From NCBI GenBank assembly GCA_965644295.1, contig CBFFRP010000036.1:62001-126000 (forward strand): a stretch of DNA of 64,000 nt, written 5' to 3'. The notes beneath the pieces are model-generated. The model saw only the letters and a list, made by a program, of their open reading frames with translations. It was not told the origin of the DNA and did not search any database. The position numbers and the translations under genes are program-made. This document shows positions 23,514 to 37,300 of the stretch, piece after piece; the stretch's first letter is position 1, and the number at the start of each line of letters is the position of its first letter. The DNA comes from Paraphysomonas bandaiensis (Eukaryota > Protista > Chrysophyceae).

Positions 23514-25361
23514 AAAGTAATTGTCGCAGTTACTTTCTTTAAACAAATTAAACTTGAATTATTGAAATGGTAACACCAGTATAAAAATCCTAATGTTAAA
23601 GAATCGTATACATATACATATCAGCTTGTGAGGCACTTCATATTACACTTACATATCTAAATATAGTTACATTATTAATATCATCGTATTATGAACCCTT
23701 ACAGATGCACCTCAATAGAATTGTCCTCGGAGATGTATAATAGTCAGAATGATATGGAGTGCACTACAGAATATATTGCACCAATTTTTACAAAGATTAA
23801 AGCCCGTCGTGCATTCTTTTATGTAAATAGAACTACAATCATTTATCTTCTGTTGATTCGACTTTTGATATATCGTCATAGAACTAAGCTGTGCATCTCA
23901 TACCAAAGCTGGCGTTGTCCCTCCTCTCCGCACCATTGTATTTATCATAGATATAGACGTGACGATGATCTGCGAGCATCAGCAAGGTAGCGCAATGATT
24001 TATTGTAATGATATTTGCAAGGATTCTGTATGCAAAAGAAATTTGTTGGCAATATAATTCTTGCCTACAAGGTGATGAGCAAATTGTAGCATAGCTAACC
24101 GACTCCTCTATTATTACACCATAAGAAGTTGATGCATCAAGATCGGAGAGTAATGGCCGTAACCATAAATCCTCTTTATATACACAAACGTAGAGTAACA
24201 GTAGTGTGCAACGATATTGCTGAGATATTACAGTATTGCGAATAAAAAAGGTGAAAGCTGTGGGTGAACGGAGAGTTAAATGACTACTAGGCGAATCACT
24301 CTATATGCCATCCAAATAGCATTGCAAACACTCCTGGGCATGCCAAACATAACTACACTTCATGTGACTTTCAGGTACCTGAAAATATGTCTGTTAGTAT
24401 TCCATGTCTATAGGTTCGACATGTTCGATGAATCATAAATCAAGTAGTCTAAAGGGAAAAGTAGAGCTTATCTAGTGCGGGGTTTTCCATGGTGACAATG
24501 TGGTCTCATTGACGCTTATAAAAATTTATAACACGCCTATCCTCCATAGATTTTAAAGCTGACTGTAATATACGTACCCACTATTGTGTGCACATGTACA
24601 TCATAAGTGTAACTATAAGTGCCACTACTTGGAGAAAACTAAACTAGATAGTATTAATGTGGTAAGACTGCACAGTATGTGATTTTGTGCTGTCATTGCC
24701 ATTCCCATGCATCCATGTATGCATGTATGCATGCACGTTGCCCCTGGTGCGGTCATTGACTGTTACTTATGGTTGGAATGAATGCTGTTTTTTGCATTTC
24801 GTCGTACAGCTGTTATAATAACTGGTGAAGGAAATATTAGATTTTTACATATAGAAACTTTCAATTTTTGTATAAAAATCATATGAATTCTCTATGCTTA
24901 CCAACCAGAATCGTAAGTTTTTATGCAGCAATTTATGTGATTTTTCCATATGAGAAGTGAGTTTCCTCATATGTATCGTACTCCATAGTCTTCCCTTGTA
25001 CGCTATGTACTACATGTACCACGTACGACAACTCGTATATCCAAGTGCACCTACACAATAATGTACCAGTGCGTATCCATGAAAATTTGACGACAGTCCA
25101 GGCCTATATATATACGTAAGTTTGTATATGGTTGTATATACCGCAAAACAAAGTAGTGGACATACATACATACGTACACATACATACATACATACATACA
25201 GATACTATCACCATATATATACATGGTAAACACCTCTCAATATCGTCTATTCCCCTCATATATATACAGTTATCATGAAGAATATAATTAAACTGTAAAT
25301 AACTGAACTTTTCTTATTCAAATAGTCATATCATATCCATCCATACGCGAATATTACAGAA

Positions 25362-28300
25362 ATGCTTTTACAATATTTAGTTATTTGTGTAATCAGTTTT
25401 GCTAATGGACAAACACCCACACAAGCCCCTACACACTTACCTACTCAATCACCAACATTTCATCCAACATCTGCACCAATTGAAGGTTTGATTGTTTATA
25501 TATATGGCTCTTATATATGATTTTATTATTACAGAGTGTGGTAATAGATCGACGGATGTTATTAATATGATATCAAAGACAGAGCAAGAGAATGTTTGGA
25601 TTGAAGGTGGTTTTACGACTGCAGGAGATCAGGATTGGGTTTCAGTATCTACTATTTTTGATACTTTTCAAAATGCAGTTGTATTCATTAGTCTTCCAGA
25701 GATTTCTGGTGAAACATCAAATGATGGGTACCCTGCCATTGCACGCGTGCGTAACGCAACAACTTCTGGGAGGATTAATTTCGAGTTCAAGTTATATCAA
25801 GCCAACGATAGTTACTGTTTGAAAACTTGGAGAGTCCCTGAACCGATATCTCCTGAAGTAAAGTTATCTTGGATAGTCGTCGAGCAGGGTGCATTCAATC
25901 TCACTGGTAGCTTTTTTATGATCGGAAAAGGACCGATTAATCGTGTTAGTTCGGCATCGTCTGACCAAGATAATTTTGTGACATTGGACTACCCAGTTGG
26001 TTGTGTGTCGACCAGTGAAAGGTGTGCATTTCCGCAAAGTGCTAAAGTTGGTATCATTCTTCAACTTCAAACTCTTGTGTATGACCGTTTATTGATTCCT
26101 CGTGGCTTCAATATTGCCAAACGGTTTGCAAGGATTGTATTGCAGCCGCATGACTCCATTGACGAAAGCTACTATGTGATGCCTAATCATGAGCAGCTCG
26201 CATTCATGGCTTTCGAAACTGGGTTCTTAATCAGCTGTGTTGAGCGTATGTCTTTCGAAACTCACTATTATACAGATGTTACAAACATTAAGCTGGACAT
26301 CGACTATGCTTTCACCTATGTTCTTCCTCCTGGAGTTTACGGCACGGTTAGTACATCCAGAAGTCTTGCGGATTCCACTGGATTGCGTGCTTTCGACCGC
26401 ACCGTAAGCGGATCCAGCATTATTACCCAGGAGGATCAGTGTTATGATGAGGAAACTGATCATACAACTGGGGAGGGAGTTTCAGTAATGATTGTAGGAG
26501 AACAGCAATTCGTGGTGTCTTGTACACTGTGTAAAGCGGTATTTACTCCTGATGTCACCAGCGCTCCAACCAGAGCTCCAACTAGAAACCCGACATTCAC
26601 ACCGACCTCTTCACCCACCTTTCTCCCAACTAAGGCACCTACATTTTCCCCAACGGTGTTACCCACACATGCGCCTACGTCCGCTCCTACCGTTGCCCCC
26701 ACAAACAACCCGACTGGTCTGCCGACAGGACTTCCTTCCAGTGTTCCAACCAAAACACCAACAGGACTCCCTTCCAGTGCTCCAACCAAAACACCAACAG
26801 GACTCCCTTCCAGTGCCCCAACTAGAACACCAACAGGACTCCCTTCCAGTGCCCCAACTAGTACACCAACAGGACTACCTTCCAGTGTTCCAACTAGTAA
26901 ACCAACAGGACTCCCTTCCAGTGTTCCAACTAGTGCACCAACAAGACTCCCTTCCAGTGTTCCAACTAGTAAACCAACAGGACTTCCTTCTAGCAGCCCT
27001 ACAGCAATACCTACTGGTGTTCCGACTGAAGCTCCGTCGAGCGTGCCCTCGGCACTGCCAAGTGCTGGCCCCACATCCGACCCTACGTTCTTTCCAACGC
27101 GTAGGCCGACCGCTGCACCAACTAGCGTTCCAACCTCGGCTCCTTCTTTGGCGCCATCATCATCAAGTCCAACACTGATACCCACTGCTGCGCCATCTAT
27201 TTGTACTGAAGTTTTTAATAGAAGCGCTGATGTGATAGATATGATATCTAAGAAAACACGGGAATCGGTTTGGATTGAGACTGGATTTTTTTCTGCTGAT
27301 GACCAAATATGGGTGTCGATTACGTCCACAGTGAGTACTTTTAGTTCCCCTGTTGTATTCGTCAGTCTTCCAGAAATCCCGGGCGATACTTCTAGTGAAG
27401 GAATTCCTTCCATTACACGCGTCAGAAATGTGCAACAAGTAAATGGTAATGTTGTATTTGAGGCGAAGTTATATCAAGCGAACGATAGCTTTTGCTCTAA
27501 GCAGTGGAGGGTACCTGAGCCGATTTCACCTCCAGTCAGTTTGGCATGGATGGTGGTAGAACAAGGTGCATTCAACCTCTCCAATCATTTTTTTATGATT
27601 GGAAGTGGGCCTATTACTCGTCAAAACGACGATGTGAAGGATCTATCCAATTTTGTAAGGTTTGACTATCCTGTGAATTGTGAGTCCTCCACAGTGAGTT
27701 GCGCGTTCCCGAATGGTGTGCAGATCGGGATTGTTTTACAGCTTCAAACTCTAGTATACGACAGGCTGATAATACCTCGAGGTTATTCTATCCAACGACG
27801 GCACTCCAAAATTGTACTTCAGCCCCACGACTCGAGTGACTCAAGCTATTATGTGATGACAACCCCTGAAACTCTCGCGTACATGGCCTTTGAAACGGGG
27901 GTTGCGATCAGTTGTGTAGAGAGAATGACTTTTGAGACAATTAGGTGGGGTTCCGTCACACATATTAAACAGGATTTCGAGTATACCTATTCGTACGATG
28001 TTCCTCCTGGAGTGTACGGGACCATCGGAACGTCAACAAGTCTTGCTGATAGTACAGGTCTTAGAGTATTTTCGAGAACAATCGACGGGGCTAGTATAAT
28101 AACCCAAGAAGATCAGTGTGTCGACGAAGAAACGACACACACAACTGGGGAAACGGTCTATGCAATGGTTGTTGGTCAGCAGAGTACGCGTTCTTCTTGT
28201 ACCATTTGCAGTGCTGTATATAATGGGGAGTCGACTTCAAACGGTCCCAGTCATTCCCCAACGAAAAGTCCAACTCGAAACCCCACTGTTTCACCAACCC

Positions 28301-31300
28301 GTCGTCCGACATCCCAACCAACGCGAAACCCGACTTCATCACCTACCCGTCGACCAACATCTTCTCCAACGAGAAGCCCCACTCGAAAGCCGACAGCCCA
28401 ACCTACGTCATCGCCAACCCGCTTGCCGACGTCTTTTCCGACGAGACCACCCACAGGTTTGCCGACGTCACAGCCTGCTGTTGTGCCAACCCACTTACCT
28501 ACATCCCCACCCTCGCGTTCTCCAACAGTTGTGCCGACATCTGCTCCCACTGTTAGCCCTTCCTTTGTCCCAACCAACTCACCAATCCTATGTCCTACGA
28601 CGAAACCTACAAGTGTACCTACCATTGCACTAACGGATTCACCAACTTTCAGCCACACAGTTTCGCCGAGCCTATCTCCAACGCAATTCCCAACAAACGC
28701 ACCGACTGCATTCCCTTCCACAGAGCCAACAGTTGTACCAACATCTTCACCATCGTTTTCACCAACTTTTGTTCCCACTACTTCACCAACCCATGTACCG
28801 ACAACGAAACCCAGCGTTTCGCCCACTACTGCACCAACAGCCTCATCAACTGTATCTCATCATCCAACAGTTGCCCCTACTCCTTGTCGGGAAGTTACGA
28901 ACTCTACGACTGATGTTATTGATATGTTTACTGGTCTTCCATTTACTGATTTCTGGATGGAAGGGGGATTTACTACTGCTGGCGACCAGGAATGGGTTAC
29001 TATATCAACGATACTGGATTCGTTTAAGGACGCTGTAGTATTTGTTAGTCTTCCCGAGATTCCTGGTTCCACCTCAGATGATGGATATGCTGCAATAGCC
29101 CGTGTGCGCAACGTAGTAAATACAGGGAGGGTATCTTTCGATACCAAACTTTATCAGGCGAATGACAGCTACTGTTCGAAGGAATGGCGTATTCCTGTGC
29201 CTATTAGTGGTATAAGCTTGTCTTGGTTGGTTGTTGAGAACGGTGCATTCAATATGAGTGGCCAGTATTTTATGATTGGAAATGGTGCAATAACACGGCA
29301 GAACAGTGATCCAACTGATTCATCTAACTTTCCTCGTTTCGATTACGCGTATGGTTGTGGATCTTCGACGGAACGCTGTGCATTCAACGAGGGTACCGAT
29401 GTTGGAATAATTATGCAGCTACAAACGGTAGTGTATGATCGATTGCTTATACCTCGTGGGTTTAATGTGAAACTTCGGTTTGCGAGAATTGTTTTACAGC
29501 CCCATGATTCCAGCGACCCTAGTTATTACGAGATGCATGATCCCGAGACTATCGCATATATGGCGTTTAGTACTGGTTTAGATGTGAGCTGTGTGGAGGG
29601 ATTGACCTTTGAAACTCGGTTGTATGAATCCGTGACGAATATCAAACGTGATATCGATTTCCGGTATACATATGTTCTTCCTCCAGGCATATACGGTTCG
29701 TTGGGTACGTCGATCAGTTTGGCTGATTCTACCGGTCTCCGCGCTTTTGATCGCACGGTAACCGGTGCTAGTATTATCACACAAGAAGACCAGTGCGTGG
29801 ATGCTGAGACAGATCATACCACTGGTGAGACGGTATTCACATTGGTCGTTGGTGAACAGAATACTGAGGCTTCGTGTGTCGTATGTAAGGCATTGTTTAC
29901 TCCTGAGATCAATCGAGATCCTACGGCTAATCCTACTATAATTCCGACTCAGATACCGACGTCTAGTCCAACACTACATCCAACTTCTGTTCCAACAGTG
30001 CTCCCAACTTCTGTTCCAACACTACATCCAACTTCTGTTCCAACACTACATCCAACTTTTGTTCCAACAGTGCTCCCAACTTCTGTTCCAACACTACATC
30101 CAACTTCTGTTCCAACATTGTTGCCGACTGGGTCTCCATCTTTGAGCCCTGTATCCTCTCCAACAGTATTACCCACGGCTAGTGATTATGCGATGTCTTG
30201 TGTCTCCGATTGTCCTGATATTAGCATTGAGAATAATGAGACGTGTTTGTATGTGGCATTAACTGATACATTTGGTGATGGCTGGGGTGAGTCTGTGAAT
30301 TTTACGTACACGAGATTTTTAGGTGGTCAGGAACTAGATGCGCAAGCTTTTTCTCTAAATTGTGAGTGTCCGAGAGTAGTAGGTTGCGTACCAGCTCTTG
30401 ATTCATCTGCTGAGCAGCTACATGTATTTTCAATGGTCACTGATACTGTTCCTGATTACTTTTGGGAAATTCAATGGTCAGTTCAGCTTGTTGAGAATGG
30501 TGATTTTGGAAAGACGTATTACGGAGGATTTAATACAACTGCTACTTTTGATTATGCATCCTCTAGTAGTCAATTCAGCTTGTTGCACTCAGAGAATCTT
30601 TGGTCATATCCTGAAAGCTGTTCCTTCGATAAGTATGACATGTCCGATGATTTGACAGCAGATTTTATTTTGAATTTGTATGGGGGAAATGGAAGTCGGT
30701 TCTACAGCAATGCAGACGAAGAGATGGCCTATTTGAGCTCTGCATATTACATTACCCCTGCTGATGACAGAAGTATGTTGAATGGTTTCAGTTGGGCAGC
30801 GTGTGAGCTGAATTCTTCATATACGAGTCTCGAATGTTTGGAGAACGGAACATACATATTCCGAACTACAGGTGTATGTGATAGGAGTGCTGATAATTAT
30901 ACTTGGTCATTTTGCGGAGAATCGGGAGGGCCTCAAGTACAGTTGGAATTTTCTGTTGTTAACGGTGATTGCATTGCTGGAGAGAAGCAATCTTTTAGTG
31001 AGGTTTGTGGAGAATCTTTTGTGCCTAGTGGGCTACCTTCTCATATTCCCACAAATTCGCCGAGCCTATCTCCAACGCAGTTCCCAACAAATGCACCGAC
31101 TGCGTTCCCTTCCACAGAGCCAACAATTGTACCCACCAATGCACCAACTGCATTCCCTTCCACAGAGCCAACAGTTGTACCAACATCTTCACCATCGTTT
31201 TCACCAACTTTAGTTCCCACTACTTCACCAACCCATGTACCGACAACGAAACCCAGCGTTTCGCCCACTACTGTACCTACAAGTGCCCCAACCCATGAAC

Positions 31301-34300
31301 CGACAACAGAACCCAGTGTTGTTCCAACGAGAACGCCAACGCATGTACCGACAACGAAACCCAGCGTTTCGCCTACTACTGCACCAACAGCCTCATCAAC
31401 TGTATCTCATCATCCAACAGTTGCCCCTACTCCTTGTCGGGAAGTTACGAACTCTACGACTGATGTTATTGATATGTTTACTGGTCTTCCATTTACTGAT
31501 TTCTGGATGGAAGGTGGATTTACTACTGCTGGCGACCAGGAATGGGTTACTATATCAACGATACTGGATTCGTTTAAGGACGCTGTAGTATTTGTTAGTC
31601 TTCCCGAGATTCCTGGTTCCACCTCAGATGATGGATATGCTGCAATAGCCCGTGTGCGCAACGTAGTAAATACAGGGAGGGTATCTTTCGATACCAAACT
31701 TTATCAGGCGAATGACAGCTACTGTTCGAAGGAATGGCGTATTCCTGTGCCTATTAGTGGTATAAGCTTGTCTTGGTTGGTTGTTGAGAACGGTGCATTC
31801 AATATGAGTGGCCAGTATTTTATGATTGGAAATGGTGCAATAACACGGCAGAACAGTGATCCAACTGATTCATCTAACTTTCCTCGTTTCGATTACGCGT
31901 ATGGTTGTGGATCTTCGACGGAACGCTGTGCATTCAACGAGGGTACCGATGTTGGAATAATTATGCAGCTACAAACGGTAGTGTATGATCGATTGCTTAT
32001 ACCTCGTGGGTTTAATGTGAAACTTCGGTTTGCGAGAATTGTTTTACAGCCCCATGATTCCAGCGACCCTAGTTATTACGAGATGCATGATCCCGAGACT
32101 ATCGCATATATGGCGTTTAGTACTGGTTTAGATGTGAGCTGTGTGGAGGGATTGACCTTTGAAACTCGGTTGTATGAATCCGTGACGAATATCAAACGTG
32201 ATATCGATTTCCGGTATACGTATGTTCTTCCTCCGGGCATATACGGTTCGTTAGGTACGTCGATCAGTTTGGCTGATTCTACCGGTCTCCGCGCTTTTGA
32301 TCGCACGGTAACCGGTGCTAGTATTATCACACAAGAAGACCAGTGCGTGGATGCTGAGACAGATCATACCACTGGTGAGACGGTATTCACATTGGTCGTT
32401 GGTGAACAGAATACTGAGGCTTCGTGTGTCGTATGTAAGGCATTGTTTACTCCTGAGATCAATCGAGATCCTACGGCTAATCCTACTATAATGCCGACTC
32501 AGATACCGACGTCTAGTCCAACACTACATCCAACTTCTGTTCCAACAGTGCTCCCAACTTCTGTTCCAACACTACATCCAACTTTTGTTCCAACAGTGCT
32601 CCCAACTTCTGTTCCAACACTACATCCAACTTCTGTTCCAACATTGTTGCCGACTGGGTCTCCATCTTTGAGCCCTGTATCCAATCCAACAGTATTACCC
32701 ACGGCTAGTGATTATGCGATGTCTTGTGTCTCCGATTGTCCTGATATTAGCATTGAGAATAATGAGACGTGTTTGTATGTGGCATTAACTGATACATTTG
32801 GTGATGGCTGGGGTGAGTCTGTGAATTTTACGTACACGAGATTTTTAGGTGGTCAGGAACTAGATGCGCAAGCTTTTTCTCTAAATTGTGAGTGTCCGAG
32901 AGTAGTAGGTTGCGTACCAGCTCTTGATTCATCTGCTGAGCAGCTACATGTATTTTCAATGGTCACTGATACTGTTCCTGATTACTTTTGGGAAATTCAA
33001 TGGTCAGTTCAGCTTGTTGAGAATGGTGATTTTGGAAAGACGTATTACGGAGGATTTAATACAACTGCTACTTTTGATTATGCATCCTCTAGTAGTCAAT
33101 TCAGCTTGTTGCACTCAGAGAATCTTTGGTCATATCCTGAAAGCTGTTCCTTCGATAAGTATGACATGTCCGATGATTTGACAGCAGATTTTATTTTGAA
33201 TTTGTATGGGGGAAATGGAAGTCGGTTCTACAGCAATGCAGACGAAGAGATGGCCTATTTGAGCTCTGCATATTACATTACCCCTGCTGATGACAGAAGT
33301 ATGTTGAATGGTTTCAGTTGGGCAGCGTGTGAGCTGAATTCTTCATATACGAGTCTCGAATGTTTGGAGAACGGAACATACATATTCCGAACTACAGGTG
33401 TATGTGATAGGAGTGCTGATAATTATACTTGGTCATTTTGCGGAGAATCGGGAGGGCCTCAAGTACAGTTGGAATTTTCTGTTGTTAACGGTGATTGCAT
33501 TGCTGGAGAGAAGCAATCTTTTAGTGAGGTTTGTGGAGAATCTTTTGTGCCTAGTGGGCTACCTTCTCATATTCCCACAAATTCGCCGAGCCTATCTCCA
33601 ACGCAGTTCCCAACAAATGCACCGACTGCGTTCCCTTCCACAGAGCCAACAATTGTACCCACCAATGCACCAACTGCATTCCCTTCCACAGAGCCAACAG
33701 TTGTACCAACATCTTCACCATCGTTTTCACCAACTTTAGTTCCCACTACTTCACCAACCCATGTACCGACAACGAAACCTAGCGTTTCGCCTACTACTGC
33801 ACCAACAGCCTCATCAACTGTATCTCATCATCCAACAGTTGCCCCTACTCCTTGTCGGGAAGTTACGAACTCTACGACTGATGTTATTGATATGTTTACT
33901 GGTCTTCCATTTACTGATTTCTGGATGGAAGGTGGATTTACTACTGCTGGCGACCAGGAATGGGTTACTATATCAACGATACTGGATTCGTTTAAGGACG
34001 CTGTAGTATTTGTTAGTCTTCCCGAGATTCCTGGTTCCACCTCAGATGATGGATATGCTGCAATAGCCCGTGTGCGCAACGTAGTAAATACAGGGAGGGT
34101 ATCTTTCGATACCAAACTTTATCAGGCGAATGACAGCTACTGTTCGAAGGAATGGCGTATTCCTGTGCCTATTAGTGGTATAAGCTTGTCTTGGTTGGTT
34201 GTTGAGAACGGTGCATTCAATATGAGTGGCCAGTATTTTATGATTGGAAATGGTGCAATAACACGGCAGAACAGTGATCCAACTGATTCATCTAACTTTC

Positions 34301-37300
34301 CTCGTTTCGATTACGCGTATGGTTGTGGATCTTCGACGGAACGCTGTGCATTCAACGAGGGTACCGATGTTGGAATAATTATGCAGCTACAAACGGTAGT
34401 GTATGATCGATTGCTTATACCTCGTGGGTTTAATGTGAAACTTCGGTTTGCGAGAATTGTTTTACAGCCCCATGATTCCAGCGACCCTAGTTATTACGAG
34501 ATGCATGATCCCGAGACTATCGCATATATGGCGTTTAGTACTGGTTTAGATGTGAGCTGTGTGGAGGGATTGACCTTTGAAACTCGGTTGTATGAATCCG
34601 TGACGAATATCAAACGTGATATCGATTTCCGGTATACGTATGTTCTTCCTCCGGGCATATACGGTTCGTTGGGTACGTCGATCAGTTTGGCTGATTCTAC
34701 CGGTCTCCGCGCTTTTGATCGCACGGTAACCGGTGCTAGTATTATCACACAAGAAGACCAGTGCGTGGATGCTGAGACAGATCATACCACTGGTGAGACG
34801 GTATTCACATTGGTCGTTGGTGAACAGAATACTGAGGCTTCGTGTGTCGTATGTAAGGCATTGTTTACTCCTGAGATCAATCGAGATCCTACGGCTAATC
34901 CTACTATAATGCCGACTCAGATACCGACGTCTAGTCCAACACTACATCCAACTTCTGTTCCAACACTACATCCAACTTCTGTTCCAACACTACACCCAAC
35001 TTCTGTTCCAACAGTGCTCCCAACTTCTGTTCCAACACTACATCCAACTTTTGTTCCAACAGTGCTCCCAACTTCTGTTCCAACACTACATCCAACTTCT
35101 GTTCCAACATTGTTGCCGACTGGGTCTCCATCTTTGAGCCCTGTATCCTCTCCAACAGTATTACCCACGGCTAGTGATTATGCGATGTCTTGTGTCTCCG
35201 ATTGTCCTGATATTAGCATTGAGAATAATGAGACGTGTTTGTATGTGGCATTAACTGATACATTTGGTGATGGCTGGGGTGAGTCTGTGAATTTTACGTA
35301 CACGAGATTTTTAGGTGGTCAGGAACTAGATGCGCAAGCTTTTTCTCTAAATTGTGAGTGTCCGAGAGTAGTAGGTTGCGTACCAGCTCTTGATTCATCT
35401 GCTGAGCAGCTACATGTATTTTCAATGGTCACTGATACTGTTCCTGATTACTTTTGGGAAATTCAATGGTCAGTTCAGCTTGTTGAGAATGGTGATTTTG
35501 GAAAGACGTATTACGGAGGATTTAATACAACTGCTACTTTTGATTATGCATCCTCTAGTAGTCAATTCAGCTTGTTGCACTCAGAGAATCTTTGGTCATA
35601 TCCTGAAAGCTGTTCCTTCGATAAGTATGACATGTCCGATGATTTGACAGCAGATTTTATTTTGAATTTGTATGGGGGAAATGGAAGTCGGTTCTACAGC
35701 AATGCAGACGAAGAGATGGCCTATTTGAGCTCTGCATATTACATTACCCCTGCTGATGACAGAAGTATGTTGAATGGTTTCAGTTGGGCAGCGTGTGAGC
35801 TGAATTCTTCATATACGAGTCTCGAATGTTTGGAGAACGGAACATACATATTCCGAACTACAGGTGTATGTGATAGGAGTGCTGATAATTATACTTGGTC
35901 ATTTTGCGGAGAATCGGGAGGGCCTCAAGTACAGTTGGAATTTTCTGTTGTTAACGGTGATTGCATTGCTGGAGAGAAGCAATCTTTTAGTGAGGTTTGT
36001 GGAGAATCTTTTGTGCCTAGTGGGCTACCTTCTCATATTCCCACAAATTCGCCGAGCCTATCTCCAACGCAGTTCCCAACAAATGCACCGACTGCGTTCC
36101 CTTCCACAGAGCCAACAATTGTACCAACAATTTCAATTGCACCTACTATTTTTCCTACGTCAGAGCCAAGCATATCACCTGCTACTGCACCAACTGCTCT
36201 ACCGACTATCTCATTTGCACCCAGCACTTTACCGATAAGCGCACCATCGCTTGGACCTACATCATCTCCAACATGTACACCAACACTTTCTTTAAGTATT
36301 CCAACTTCTGGACCAACGATTTCGCCGACAACTGAACCAACCATTTCTCAATCAACTGTTCCAACTACTGTATCGACGTGTACGCCAACTTGTGCATCGT
36401 CAGCTACATCGCTTTCACCCACGAGTGAGCGGACCACTTTCCCGACGAGTGCACCTACCATCCCGCCCACTTCTGCACCAACTGCTGTATCAACTTCGCC
36501 AACAAGTGCACCGACATCTGGACCAACCAGTGCTCCGCCCACGTCGCCAACATCTACACCAACAAGTGCACCTACTTGTGCACCAACAATTTCACCTACG
36601 AATGAGCCGACAACTTCACCGACGAGTGCTCCAACCGCTTTACCATCAACTTCGCCAACAAGTGCACCGACATCTGGACCAACCAGTGCGCCGCCCACGT
36701 CGCCAACATCTACACCTACAAGTGCATCTACTTGTGCACCAACAATTTCACCTACGAATGAGCCGACAACTTCACTGACGAATGATCCAACCGCTTTACC
36801 ATCAACTTCGCCAACAAGTGCACCTACTTGTGCACCAACTATTTCACCTACGAATGAGCCGACAACTTCACCGACGAGTGCTCCAACCGTTTTACCATCA
36901 ACTTCGCCAACAAGTGCACCGACATCTGGACCAACCAGTGCTCCGACCCCGTCGCCAACATCTACACCAACAATTTCACCTACGAATGAGCCGACAACTT
37001 CACCGACGAGTGCTCCAACCGCTTTACCATCAACTTCGCCAACAAGTTCGCCAACTTGTGCACCAACTATTTCACCTACGAGTGGGCCGACAACTTTGCC
37101 GACGAGAGCTCCAACTGCTTTACCATCAACTTCTCCAACAAGTGCTCCGACCCCGTCGCCAACATCTACGCCAACAAGTTCACCTACTTGTGCACCAACA
37201 ATTTCACCTACGAATGAGCCGACGACTTCACCGACGAGTGCTCCAACCGCTTTACCATCAACTTCGCCAACATCTACACCAACAAGTTCGCCTACTTGTG

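Noticed and set aside
23520-25300. Short ORFs (23691-23990, 25051-25233) in intergenic DNA
   Set aside because: No recognisable motifs or splice structure; possibly decayed repeat sequence.
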